64,000 bases of DNA from Bdellovibrionales bacterium (GCA_050246815.1 JBFWVI010000004.1:32001-96000), one strand, 5' to 3'; numbered from the stretch's first letter, positions 19,468 through 29,241 are shown. Translations and numbers: made by a program. Notes: generated by a model from the sequence alone, not told the origin.

Positions 19468-20648
19468 GCCCCGACCTGCTCGCAGAATCCAAGTTCTTCT
19501 TGTTGCCCATATGGCAAGCGGGCTTTCGACCGTTTTTCCTTTTGGCGTTTATTTCAGGCCTCCTTCTACCGCTCGCATGGGGACTCTTGTTTTCAGGCTA
19601 TGTTCACCTGCCGCAAGCGTCATTGCCACTTCTTCAGTGGCATGCCCATGAAATGCTATTTGGTTTCGGCTGGGCCGTTTTGGGCGGCTTTCTATTAACT
19701 GCAAGCAAAAACTGGGTCAAAATTCGCGGCATACATGGCCTGCCGCTCGCGGCGCTTGCCTTAATGTGGACTGTGGAGCGGTTTGCGGCATTATATGGCG
19801 GCCACCTTTCCGTTTGGTTGCAGCTCATTTTGCTCAATGCCTTTATTATTTCTTGCGGCGGCTATGTGCTCTATTCGCTTATCCGCTACCGCCGTCAAGA
19901 CAGCTTCAAGGATAATTATTTTTTCCTGATCTGTTTACCGCTCTTTTTTTTCGCGAAAATCTTGGTGCTGAACTCGGGAACATTTGCGCTTGGTATAGCC
20001 CTGAGCATCGGGCTTTTTCGTCTTGCTTTCATCGTTATGCTGGAGCGTACAACTCCGCAGTTCCTCAAAAACTCGCAAAACCTACAGGTGCCACGCAGCC
20101 CGCGTCTTGACTTAACAATCAAGTTCCTTGTTCTGGCCTCTATCTTTTCGATACTCATGCCACCAGTTGTTGCAAGCGCCCTACTAATCTTGACCGCGAT
20201 ACTGATGACCACTCGCCTCGTGTCGTGGTATCCAATCCAAGGATTGCGTCACTTCGGAATAAGCATCATGTATGTGGGCCATTTCGGTCTCATCCTCCAT
20301 TTTCTGCTTGAGGCCATGAGAACTGCCGGCGTCTATCCCGGCATTGGTTCGCTCTCGATACACGTCTTCACTTTCCTTTGTATGGGAATCATTATTCCGG
20401 GAATGTTGATTCGGATTACCCAGGGGCATACGGGACGCGACATCCTGTTCACAAAAACCGATCGGATTGCGCTTTTTTGCATGGCCCTTGCCGCAATCTC
20501 ACGCCTTGTACTGACTCAAATCTGGCCACAACACTATTCAATCTTTATTGCCATCGCCGCCGTTGGCTGGGCGTTGTGCTTTTCCATTATCGGTTGGCGC
20601 GTTGCCCCCTTCTTATGGATGGCGAGGGTTGACGGCCGCCTCCATTAG
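19449..20648 (+). CDS. nnrS: NnrS family NO-stress membrane protein
   Basis: GFRPFFL, WHAHEMLFGF, GFLLTA..NW, GMLIRITQGHTGR, C-terminal RVDG. Confidence 0.92.
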   Translation: MQLKSISPDLLAESKFFLLPIWQAGFRPFFLLAFISGLLLPLAWGLLFSGYVHLPQASLPLLQWHAHEMLFGFGWAVLGGFLLTASKNWVKIRGIHGLPLAALALMWTVERFAALYGGHLSVWLQLILLNAFIISCGGYVLYSLIRYRRQDSFKDNYFFLICLPLFFFAKILVLNSGTFALGIALSIGLFRLAFIVMLERTTPQFLKNSQNLQVPRSPRLDLTIKFLVLASIFSILMPPVVASALLILTAILMTTRLVSWYPIQGLRHFGISIMYVGHFGLILHFLLEAMRTAGVYPGIGSLSIHVFTFLCMGIIIPGMLIRITQGHTGRDILFTKTDRIALFCMALAAISRLVLTQIWPQHYSIFIAIAAVGWALCFSIIGWRVAPFLWMARVDGRLH

Positions 20649-20684
20649 ATCGCCTATCTGGGCTGAAGAACAAACTTTCTGAGG

Positions 20685-20727
20685 TATGACGACCATCATA
20701 ACGGGCGCTTATTCGTTTCATTATAAT
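20685..20727 (+). promoter_or_regulatory. Class II Crp/Fnr-type promoter
   Basis: TATGA-CGACCA-TCATA (20685-20700) plus TATAAT (20722-20727); centre at -41.5 if TATAAT is -12..-7. Confidence 0.7.
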
Positions 20728-20788
20728 CAGAGCTGGAGGTCTAACAAAAGGCGCTTCTATCGAAAGAAAATACAAGTTCATCTTATTT

Positions 20789-21895
20789 ATGCTCAGCCTT
20801 CCGTCCCTTGTCGCGGCTGAGGGATGGCAAGATCGCATTCTCATCAACGGCGACCTGCGTTTTCGTGGCGAACATATCATTGACGGCGCCAATGAGGCGG
20901 GAACGGTAATGACAGAAACCGAGCGGATGCGACTGAGGGCCCGTGCGCGCTTACAGCTCTCGGCTAAGATCAATTCACAAACAGACCTAATCTTACGCGC
21001 GGCAACCGGCAGTCCGACCACGGGAGCCGCACCGACCACTAATCAAGACTTAACCGGTTACGGTTCAAGAAAGGACTTCAATCTGGACTTAGCCTACGCC
21101 AGTTGGCGCCCGAAAGAATCCTCCCAAATATGGTTGGGGAAGACTCCTATTCCATTTTACCAGCCGGGCGTGTCCGATCTGCTTTTCGATTCCGACTTCA
21201 CTCCCGAGGGCATAAGCGCAAAGGTTTTTAATCAAAGGGGGAAGTTTAAAACCTTCTGGAATTTGGCCCTATGGCAGATGAGCGAACGTCACGACTCTTC
21301 AACGCCGCAAGCGAGGAAAGATGTGATCCTAGTCGGCGGCGATGGAGGGTTGCAGATTCCGTTGGCCCAGGACACGCTCAGCATTGGAGCGAGCTATTAT
21401 AATTATTCTAACATTCGAGGCACTTCCGCAGGTACGGCAGGCTCACCATTGGCGCGCGGTAATACAACCACAATCAGCGGCCTGGATTTGTTTTATGCTT
21501 ATAAATACGAATTGGTCCGCGTCTTCGGGGATTTCAACACCTCTGTCGCCGGAACGGCGGCGACTCTGTACATCGATGCCGCACAAAACCAAGACCCCGA
21601 TGACGAGAACCTTGCGCTGCTTTATGGAGTGAAATTCGGGAAGTTGGTAGAGCCTGGGAATTGGTCCCTATCGGTGGACCATCGCTTTCTGCAAAAGGAC
21701 TCCACCGTGGGATTGATTGCCGATGACGGAGTCGGCTCGGGCGGCACCGATCTTACGAACACCAGAATATGCCTCCATTATCAGATCGGAGTCGGTGCGG
21801 TGATGGGCTTGACATTCATTGACGCCAGACGACTGGCCTCGAGCGCGCACATCGGTTACCAACGGAGCATGGTTGATCTGAGTTTGAGCTTTTAG
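20789..21895 (+). CDS. Putative outer-membrane porin
   Basis: GDLRFRGE, R.RLRAR, TTNQDL, DLAYA, DLLFDSDFTPEG, C-terminal DLSLSF; true start may be upstream. Confidence 0.82.
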   Translation: MLSLPSLVAAEGWQDRILINGDLRFRGEHIIDGANEAGTVMTETERMRLRARARLQLSAKINSQTDLILRAATGSPTTGAAPTTNQDLTGYGSRKDFNLDLAYASWRPKESSQIWLGKTPIPFYQPGVSDLLFDSDFTPEGISAKVFNQRGKFKTFWNLALWQMSERHDSSTPQARKDVILVGGDGGLQIPLAQDTLSIGASYYNYSNIRGTSAGTAGSPLARGNTTTISGLDLFYAYKYELVRVFGDFNTSVAGTAATLYIDAAQNQDPDDENLALLYGVKFGKLVEPGNWSLSVDHRFLQKDSTVGLIADDGVGSGGTDLTNTRICLHYQIGVGAVMGLTFIDARRLASSAHIGYQRSMVDLSLSF

Positions 21896-21928
21896 TTCAG
21901 ATCTACAAAACTGTCCACGGGGTGGCGG

Positions 21929-23368
21929 ATGAACGATTCTCAATACACAGGCGCACTTCTTGTGGTGCTGCTTTTGACCACCGTGGGGTCGATGGCCTTG
22001 GCCCGCCATTTCAATCGGCGCATGAGCGCCACCAAAGAAGGCCTGATCGCAGCAGATCGCAACCTTGGATTATGGGAGGCCTCGCTCTCTATTGCGGCCT
22101 CCTGGATCTGGGCACCGGCGCTTTTCGTGGCCGCGCAAAAAGCCTTTCAAGACGGAGTCATTGGTTTATTCTGGTTTATTGTACCAAACGTCTTATGCCT
22201 TGTCGGCTTTGCTTTTTTTGCGACTAGAGTGCGGCACGAACATCCAGACGGATTCACCCTTTCAGCGTACATCCGCCAAAAAACCTCCGCCCGCGTCCAA
22301 TCGCTGTACTGGCTCACCTTAACGGGCCTTGCGGTCTGCGCTTTCGCGGTCCAGCTGCTCGCGGGCGGTCAATTGCTCAGCAGCGTGACAACATTGCCAT
22401 TCGTTCATTGCAGCTTTATCCTCGCCGCTATCCCGCTCTCTTACTCGCTGTTTTCTGGCTTGAAGGCCACCATAGTCACTGACGTGGCAAAAATGATTTT
22501 TGTTTATGCGACCGTGGTATTTTTAGTGCCTTGGGCTATCTGGGCCGAGGGTGGAATCGATTCCGTCATCAACGGCCTAGGCGGCCAAATTCATGACACC
22601 GATTTCTTTGGCTCCCAGTCTTTGAGGATTTTTTTCGTGTTTGGCCTACCCACGACCATCGGGCTTCTTGCTGGCCCGTTTGGCGATCAGACGTTTTGGC
22701 AACGCCTCTTCGCCATTCGCCAAAAACACGTCCGGGCTGCGTTTTTCAACGGCGCCTGGATGTTCGCACTTGTCCCACTGGCTTTGTCTTTGCTGGGATT
22801 TGCTGCTGCGGGAGGGGCCATTGCGATTAACGACCCCCAGATAGTGAATCTGGAATTTATTCGCCACGCGCTTCCACCAATCGCAGTCTGGTGGTTTGTC
22901 CTAATGATTCTTGCCGCCTTGATTTCAATTCTTGACACCAAGCTCACGGGCATCGCGAGTCTAGCCGCTCACGATTTTACCAATGGCCTGCATAAAAATC
23001 CGAATTACGGTCATGTCGTCACTAACTCCAGACTGGCGATGCTGACACTGACTATTCTGGCCTTGTTAATTGCCAATATTCCAGGCCTGAAGGTACTTCA
23101 TCTTTTTTTATTTTATGGTACGCTCCGCTCCGCAACGGTAATCCCCACAATCCTTCTTATCTTAGGTAAGCAATTGCCGGAACACGGTGTTTTTTTCGGA
23201 ATTCTAACGTCTTTGTTCCTAGGTCTACCTTTATTTTCCTACGGTAACCTCAGCCAGCAGCCTGCTCTCATTGTTTTAGGTTCTTTGTTGACTGTAAGCG
23301 CCTCCGGAGTCATCGCCTGTGCATGCAAACCCAAGGCAGACGGCAAATCACCTTCGGCAAAATTGTGA
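21929..23368 (+). CDS. Sodium:solute symporter family (DUR3/PutP-like)
   Basis: Many TM helices; SIAASWIWAPAL, SGLKATIVTD, DQTFWQR. Confidence 0.88.
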   Translation: MNDSQYTGALLVVLLLTTVGSMALARHFNRRMSATKEGLIAADRNLGLWEASLSIAASWIWAPALFVAAQKAFQDGVIGLFWFIVPNVLCLVGFAFFATRVRHEHPDGFTLSAYIRQKTSARVQSLYWLTLTGLAVCAFAVQLLAGGQLLSSVTTLPFVHCSFILAAIPLSYSLFSGLKATIVTDVAKMIFVYATVVFLVPWAIWAEGGIDSVINGLGGQIHDTDFFGSQSLRIFFVFGLPTTIGLLAGPFGDQTFWQRLFAIRQKHVRAAFFNGAWMFALVPLALSLLGFAAAGGAIAINDPQIVNLEFIRHALPPIAVWWFVLMILAALISILDTKLTGIASLAAHDFTNGLHKNPNYGHVVTNSRLAMLTLTILALLIANIPGLKVLHLFLFYGTLRSATVIPTILLILGKQLPEHGVFFGILTSLFLGLPLFSYGNLSQQPALIVLGSLLTVSASGVIACACKPKADGKSPSAKL

Positions 23369-23386
23369 GCTTTGACGTTCGCCAGC

Positions 23387-23483
23387 TTTTCCCTGGCGAA
23401 AAGGAGTATGATTTTTATATGCGCGAAAATTTGCTTATGAGCTTAAATATTGAAACGACGGTCAAGGGTCCAAAAGGTGATGT
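23387..23483 (+). repeat. Diverged direct repeat, copy 2: orphan fragment of the 4934-8084 gene 3' end
   Basis: Encodes FPGEKEYDFYMRENLLMSLNIETTVKGPKGDV versus FPDEKDYDLYIRENLNLNLDVEMTIKGPTGEV. Confidence 0.85.
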
Positions 23484-23487
23484 GGGC

Positions 23488-24420
23488 TTATTGCGTCTTC
23501 GACAAACGCCCAAGGCGCGACAGCAAACCCACTACATTCAAACGCGTATGGGTCGGCATATCTTCGACCACCAGATTTCGCGCCTGCAAGAAGCGCAAAG
23601 TCCCAAGCGGCCCGGCCAAAGGCAAGGCTTTGTCCATTTGTAAAAACGGTGCTGGCACCACCACACTGCCCGCTAAACCTTTGTCGATAAAGCCAAGTGC
23701 GGCGGTGGCACAATTGTTCGTGAACAGCTGGTAAATGTTTTGCAGCTGTGTTTTGTCACTTTCGACCAAGCCACCTTTTAAGATTTGGGCCGCTTGAGCC
23801 GCGGTCACGTTCAAGGCGTGGTACTTCACAGGGTGTTTCAATTTACTTGTCCAGCGCACGCTCTCTTCGCCGCTAGTTACCCGGTGAACCATCAAATAAT
23901 GACCGAAATAACTTTCAAGTAGGTCGTACTTGTGATCGTGCGGCGGCACACCTTCAGACGAAAGCACCAGCGTGCGTGTCTTGGCCACTGTGTGAGGCCT
24001 TTGATTTTGGCCGAACAAGCGGATCGAAGGCGAAGCCTCACTCAATGTGAACCGTAAAAATACATGAAAGATTCCAGGCGAAAATTCCTCAAAACCAACC
24101 TCGGCTTTTTCAACGCCATGAAGGGGCACCAAGGCGGTGTGAAACGTCTCAAGATGTAAAACATTGCCCACCATCACTTCGCCCGGACCAATTTTGACTT
24201 TGGGGTAAGGGGATTTACTTAAAATCCGCGCACCTCGAAAACGGCAAGAATCAATGCATTGCCCTTTGAAGCGGCCAAAGTTGAAGGCCTGTGGTGCTTC
24301 CAAAAAATCGCCAGCTTGGCTGGTACAGGCACATTTGGAATTGGGTTGTGTCAGCCCCTCAAAACCATCCGCCTGGGACATCAAGATGAAAAGCAAAGAA
24401 AAAACGAAGCTCTTGATCAT
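23488..24420 (-). CDS. Secreted DUF4105/Lnb-N-like protein
   Basis: Signal peptide; HVFLRF, SSEG, YQLFTNNCAT. Confidence 0.65.
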   Translation of the reverse strand: MIKSFVFSLLFILMSQADGFEGLTQPNSKCACTSQAGDFLEAPQAFNFGRFKGQCIDSCRFRGARILSKSPYPKVKIGPGEVMVGNVLHLETFHTALVPLHGVEKAEVGFEEFSPGIFHVFLRFTLSEASPSIRLFGQNQRPHTVAKTRTLVLSSEGVPPHDHKYDLLESYFGHYLMVHRVTSGEESVRWTSKLKHPVKYHALNVTAAQAAQILKGGLVESDKTQLQNIYQLFTNNCATAALGFIDKGLAGSVVVPAPFLQMDKALPLAGPLGTLRFLQARNLVVEDMPTHTRLNVVGLLSRLGRLSKTQ

Positions 24421-24465
24421 ACGGCCTCCACGGCCCAATGACTTAACATGACCGATTAAATGAAA

Positions 24466-25935
24466 CTATTTTTCTTTTTCTTCGCCGAATCCACCGCCGC
24501 CGGCGGAGTGCAGAATAACTTGATCGCCCGCTTCCAGTTGAAGCTCACCGGAATCCGGCAAAGCTTCGCTTTCTTTGTTCAAACGCTGACAAAGAATATC
24601 GGGGCCGATAGCGGCCTTGCCACCTTGCACACCTTCGGGCCTTAAAACTCCCCGCGACAAGTTCCAACGCAATCGGGCTGGGGCCAATACCTCGATGACT
24701 TTTGTTTGGCCATCGCCGCCGCCCTGCAACCCACTGCCACCACTTTGGCTGCGCAAGGCAACCGAGCGAATGCGCATGGGATACATGCGCTCACAAGCCT
24801 CAACCGAACGCTGCAAATGACTGCGACGCCAAAGATCCAAAGCATCCGCGCCACGGCGATCGCGGGTCGCGGCTGTGCCCGGCTCAAGATCATCGTAAAA
24901 ATAACGGCCATCACCAAAATCGAGTTCAAACGAACAAAGTCCCATGCCGTTTTGAGCCATGGCCATTTTTTTATCGATCTGACCCAGCAATCGCAAAACC
25001 AAACCCGCCACCACCGAAGTGCCATCGGTGAAACCCATAAATACGGGGGCCGGGTAACGGGCATGCACAACAGAACCCAGCGGCGCAATCACATCCACCG
25101 AACGTAAAATGCCGGCATTGATCGGCACGTCCACATTCAAAGCGGCGGCCAAAGCACCGACACAAGCCCCTAATGTGGCGGCATCGCTTAATGCATAGCG
25201 ATCTGGAGCGCCACTGCCGGTGAAGTTAAAAGAAATGCGCTGGTCCTTAATCTCGATGGCCAAAGCCAATTTACTTTTCGGACTTAAAGCCACTTCCGCC
25301 TTGGCGCTACCTTGTGAAAGGTCGTGCAGCAGATGTTGAAAGCTTGCTTGAGCCGTCTGCAGCCAATCTTTGGCCATTCGTTTGTTCAGGCTTGAACCCG
25401 TTAAGGCCTTCAAACGACCGATTTCGTCCACCGCGGTTTGCAGCCAAGCCAGCCCCCGCTCAAGACCCGCACGAAGCATGGGTGGCGCCATGGGATGGGC
25501 GCAAATGGCCTCTAAAACTTGTTCATTTAAAACGCCACCGCTGACCAAAGGAGTCGGCGGAATGCGTACACCTTCATTTTCTACGGTGTGAGCCAAAATC
25601 ACGCGAGGCTTAAATGGAATGCGCACCACCAAAAGCGCCTCGCAAGGAGAAGACTTCGTTGTGGAACCGTCAAAGTGCACACCAGTGACCAGGTTTACCG
25701 AGGACAGCACCGTGCCACCCGAATAAGGATCATTGATGACGATGACATCATCTGTTTTGAGCTGAAAATACTGATGGCATGTGAGTGCCGCCGCCGGCAA
25801 AGTGCCAATATCAGCCAAGGATTGGTACTTCGACACCAACAGCTCACCATCGGCCGTCACCAGCGCCGCAGACGGAAATGGTTCAAGAATTTTTTCAAGC
25901 AGTGATTGCCAAAGATTAAACAGTGAAGATGACAT
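24466..25935 (-). CDS. Hydantoinase B/oxoprolinase family protein
   Basis: DVIVINDPYSGGT, EGVRIPP, SGGSG..GGGDG, SAGGGGFG. Confidence 0.85.
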   Translation of the reverse strand: MSSSLFNLWQSLLEKILEPFPSAALVTADGELLVSKYQSLADIGTLPAAALTCHQYFQLKTDDVIVINDPYSGGTVLSSVNLVTGVHFDGSTTKSSPCEALLVVRIPFKPRVILAHTVENEGVRIPPTPLVSGGVLNEQVLEAICAHPMAPPMLRAGLERGLAWLQTAVDEIGRLKALTGSSLNKRMAKDWLQTAQASFQHLLHDLSQGSAKAEVALSPKSKLALAIEIKDQRISFNFTGSGAPDRYALSDAATLGACVGALAAALNVDVPINAGILRSVDVIAPLGSVVHARYPAPVFMGFTDGTSVVAGLVLRLLGQIDKKMAMAQNGMGLCSFELDFGDGRYFYDDLEPGTAATRDRRGADALDLWRRSHLQRSVEACERMYPMRIRSVALRSQSGGSGLQGGGDGQTKVIEVLAPARLRWNLSRGVLRPEGVQGGKAAIGPDILCQRLNKESEALPDSGELQLEAGDQVILHSAGGGGFGEEKEK

Positions 25936-27332
25936 TATTCACACCACTCGGCCAACGCCGTCATCATCACCGGGCCACCACCCGCCCACTCCGGTTTGAT
26001 GCCCATGCTTTTTAATGCGGACTCCAAACAAGGTTGCAGGGCATTGGCCAAAGGACCACACACCAAAACCTCACCCGTGCCCACGGGAACCTGCGCGGCC
26101 AATCGACGAGCGGCCTCCCATTCAAGACCCACGGCCATGTCTTTGGGGCTTGGCGGACGAGCAGCACCGCCCGATTGCCGGCCTAGGGCGGTTAAGGCCT
26201 CTTCAATGCGGCCCTTGGCTTTTTCACTTAACCTCTCGCTAAAGCCCGGAATTTCACCCAAGCGATCTTGGATCCACAAAATATCCAAACACTGTGGCAC
26301 CAAACCTTTGCCCAAGCTCATCGGGCCTGGCTCAAAACCGCCTTCAACGTGATCAAAGCCGGCGCTACCCCAAAAGGTTTTCAACACCAACTGAGTGGCC
26401 TGCATTTCGCAGCGTACAAATCCCGGATGAGTCACCGCCACCGGGCCAAAATCTGAGCGCCATTGTTTTTTCTCGGGCCAACGGCCGTCCAAAAGGAAAA
26501 AATCTTCTACACCCAAATAGAGCAACCCCTGCACCCCACATTTTTGCCGCCATTTGTGCAAAACCAAAAGAGAGCCAAACAGGCTGTCCACCGGGGCGCG
26601 GTCAAGTTGAGTGTCATCCAAAGGTCCGCTGCCCCCCAACCAACGCAACCGTGCGCTTGAGTGGCCGCTGGCCTCTAGAGCGCCCTTGAGTTCGGTGGTC
26701 ATCTCGCGATGGCGGTGCCCCAAATAAGCATTGGTGATGGCCGTCCACCAGCGCGCCACTTCATAGTCGCAGCCTTCGGATTCATAGCTCATATGCACGC
26801 GAAAGCCCTGGTCGCGCAGAAACTGCCCCACCAGTTGTTCATGAGCAGGGTTCATATTGGCGTGGACCAAACCCACGGCCACCTCTTCAACTTTGTTCAA
26901 TTTCAATTTTGCGGCCAAAAATTCCAAGTCAGCCACTTCGACCGCTTTTTCGGATTTGCCATCGGGCGACATCCGCTCGCTGATACCAAAAACCAAATTA
27001 TTCTCCAGAATGGAGGACACGCGTTCAGCAGCCACCGTGAAGTGGGCCTGTTTGACGGGCCGATTCATGGTCAACCATTGCTCAAAACCCGAGGTCACCA
27101 AAAAGGCTGGGGCCGAGCCCAAACGACGGCGTAAAACCCCATGCAGGGATTTACTCGCCACGACCAACTCACTTAGAGGTGTTTGATTGTGCTCGGTTAG
27201 AAATTGTGTGACGGCCTTGGGCAGCGAGTCGCGCCCTAAATACCAGCGGCGAACCGGACCCAGTTTTTGATCCGTCACCAACCCTATTTCGGCGAATGAC
27301 TCGCCTATGTATAAGACTGCACTTGTTGGCAT
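25935..27332 (-). CDS. Hydantoinase A/oxoprolinase N-terminal family protein (divergent)
   Basis: FLVTSGFE, ISERM..DG, VAVGLVHA.MNPAHE, NAYL, EPGPMSLGKG. Confidence 0.75.
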   Translation of the reverse strand: MPTSAVLYIGESFAEIGLVTDQKLGPVRRWYLGRDSLPKAVTQFLTEHNQTPLSELVVASKSLHGVLRRRLGSAPAFLVTSGFEQWLTMNRPVKQAHFTVAAERVSSILENNLVFGISERMSPDGKSEKAVEVADLEFLAAKLKLNKVEEVAVGLVHANMNPAHEQLVGQFLRDQGFRVHMSYESEGCDYEVARWWTAITNAYLGHRHREMTTELKGALEASGHSSARLRWLGGSGPLDDTQLDRAPVDSLFGSLLVLHKWRQKCGVQGLLYLGVEDFFLLDGRWPEKKQWRSDFGPVAVTHPGFVRCEMQATQLVLKTFWGSAGFDHVEGGFEPGPMSLGKGLVPQCLDILWIQDRLGEIPGFSERLSEKAKGRIEEALTALGRQSGGAARPPSPKDMAVGLEWEAARRLAAQVPVGTGEVLVCGPLANALQPCLESALKSMGIKPEWAGGGPVMMTALAEWCE

Positions 27333-27387
27333 ACTTGATCGTCTGTTAAGTATATTCGCTGACCCAATCTTGACAAAGGAATTATCC

Positions 27388-28485
27388 GTGAAGGTCTCAA
27401 GTGACATCCTGAGTCTGACGCCTTATCGGCCTGGCAAGCCCATCGCCGAAGCCAAACGCGAACTGGGCCTTAACACAGTCTACAAACTTGCCAGCAACGA
27501 AAACCCCTTGGGCCCAAGTCCAGCGGTGGTCACCGCGATTCAAGCGGAACTCGGTGAATTGCACCGTTACCCCGACGCCGCCTGCTTTGAAATGCTTGAG
27601 GCTTATTCACAACACTTGAAGGTGGGCAAAGAACAGATCGCCTGTGGCAATGGCTCCAACGAGCTGATCGACCTGCTGATCCGGATCTACTGCGAGCCTG
27701 GTGATGCAATTTTGACTTCGCAAGCGGCCTTTATCGCTTACAAGATTGGCGCTCAAGCCGCACGCGTTCGTACGGTCGAAACGGCTTTGACTCAGACCGG
27801 TGGCTACGACCTTCAAGCCATGAGTGCCGCGCTTCAAAAAGACGAAAAAATCCGCCTGATTTTTATCGCCAACCCCAATAACCCCACCGGCACCTACGTC
27901 ACGCAAAAAGAACTTGAGATTTTTTTGAGCGAATGCGCCAAACGCCAAGTTCTGGTCATTTTGGATGAGGCTTACGTGGAGTTCGTGCGCGCCAAGGATT
28001 ATGTCTCTGGGTTGTCTTTACGCCAAAAATTCCAGAACCTGGTGGTCCTAAGAACCATGAGCAAAGTCTACGGGCTAGCTGGCCTTCGAGTGGGTTTTGC
28101 CATCGCGGCCCCCGAAGTGATCGATCTTTTAAACAGAGTGCGCAATCCATTCAATGTCAACCAATTGGCACAGGTGGCCACAGTGGCCGCATTGAAGGAT
28201 CAAGGCCATGTGCGGCGTGTTCTTGAAATGACCCATAAAGGCCTGGATGCCTTGACTGAAGCGGCCCAGCAGCTTCAGCTGCCTTTTTTTCAATCACAGG
28301 CCAATTTTCTGCTGATTGACTGCCTTCAGGATTCCGAGAAAGTATTTAACGCATTACTCAGACGAGGAGTCATCACCCGGCCTGTGAAGAATTATGGCCT
28401 GATGACCCATCTGCGCATCAGCGTGGGCCTCGAAGAAGAAAATCAAGCCGCGATCACCGGATTGAAAGCGATCTTGAATTCGTAA
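27388..28485 (+). CDS. hisC: Histidinol-phosphate aminotransferase
   Basis: AAGGA plus GTG 27388; PY.PGKP, KLASNENPLGPS, NPNNPTG, DEAY, RTMSKVYGLAGLRVG. Confidence 0.93.
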   Translation: MKVSSDILSLTPYRPGKPIAEAKRELGLNTVYKLASNENPLGPSPAVVTAIQAELGELHRYPDAACFEMLEAYSQHLKVGKEQIACGNGSNELIDLLIRIYCEPGDAILTSQAAFIAYKIGAQAARVRTVETALTQTGGYDLQAMSAALQKDEKIRLIFIANPNNPTGTYVTQKELEIFLSECAKRQVLVILDEAYVEFVRAKDYVSGLSLRQKFQNLVVLRTMSKVYGLAGLRVGFAIAAPEVIDLLNRVRNPFNVNQLAQVATVAALKDQGHVRRVLEMTHKGLDALTEAAQQLQLPFFQSQANFLLIDCLQDSEKVFNALLRRGVITRPVKNYGLMTHLRISVGLEEENQAAITGLKAILNS

Positions 28486-28499
28486 AGGACTTTGAAAGC

Positions 28500-29174
28500 T
28501 TGGCCAAAACAACCCGCACCTTTGTGGTGACCATCGATGGACCCTCGGCTTCCGGCAAATCGTCGGTGTCACGTGAGCTTGCTCGCCGTCATGGCTGGAA
28601 ATGGGTTTCGACAGGTGCCTTCTACCGTGGACTTGCGGTGGTTGCGCGCGCCCGCAAAGTGGCGCTGAATGATGAAGCCGCCTTGGTTGCATTGGCTGAA
28701 AGTGATGTTTGGGAAGTGCGGCTGGACCCGAACTTGACCATGGTGTTGTTGAATGGCCAAGATGTCACAGAGCAGATCTATCGCGAAGAAACCGGTGCCG
28801 ATGCCTCGATTATTAGCCAAATCCCCAAAGTTCGACAAAGTCTTTTAGAGGCTCAGCGCAACTGTGCGGTTGGAGTCAAAGGACTCGTCGCCGAAGGCCG
28901 CGATTGCGGAACCGTGGTTTTTCCCGATGCCCAAGTAAAAATCTATCTGACCGCCCACAGCGAAAACCGCATTGAACGCCGTGCCCGTGAAGAGGGCAAA
29001 TCCAAAGATAACTTAAGGGCGGCGCAAACCAAACGCGATCACCAGGACAGCACTCGAAAATCCGCTCCACTTCAAGTGCCCGAAAATGCCCATGTGGTCG
29101 ACACCAGTGATTTGGATTTGCCGTCTGTGATCGACACAGTCGACGCCCTGGTCAAAGAAGCAATGCGATCTTGA
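28500..29174 (+). CDS. cmk: Cytidylate kinase
   Basis: IDGPSASGKS, TGAFYR, EGRDCGTVVFPDA, RD..DS.R. Confidence 0.95.
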   Translation: MAKTTRTFVVTIDGPSASGKSSVSRELARRHGWKWVSTGAFYRGLAVVARARKVALNDEAALVALAESDVWEVRLDPNLTMVLLNGQDVTEQIYREETGADASIISQIPKVRQSLLEAQRNCAVGVKGLVAEGRDCGTVVFPDAQVKIYLTAHSENRIERRAREEGKSKDNLRAAQTKRDHQDSTRKSAPLQVPENAHVVDTSDLDLPSVIDTVDALVKEAMRS

Positions 29175-29241
29175 AGCTGACTTCAGGCCTCAGCCTCTGA
29201 CCTCTGTTTTAGCTCTGGCCATCTTTTCTTAAGTCTATTTC

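Noticed and set aside
7957..23483. Diversity-generating retroelement (VR at gene 3' end plus TR; FGE-fold NirV as target)
   Set aside because: Mismatches involve all four bases rather than only adenines, and there is no reverse transcriptase in the window
23323..23643. 106-aa ORF as a real gene
   Set aside because: Overlaps both neighbours; only its middle is the orphan repeat fragment
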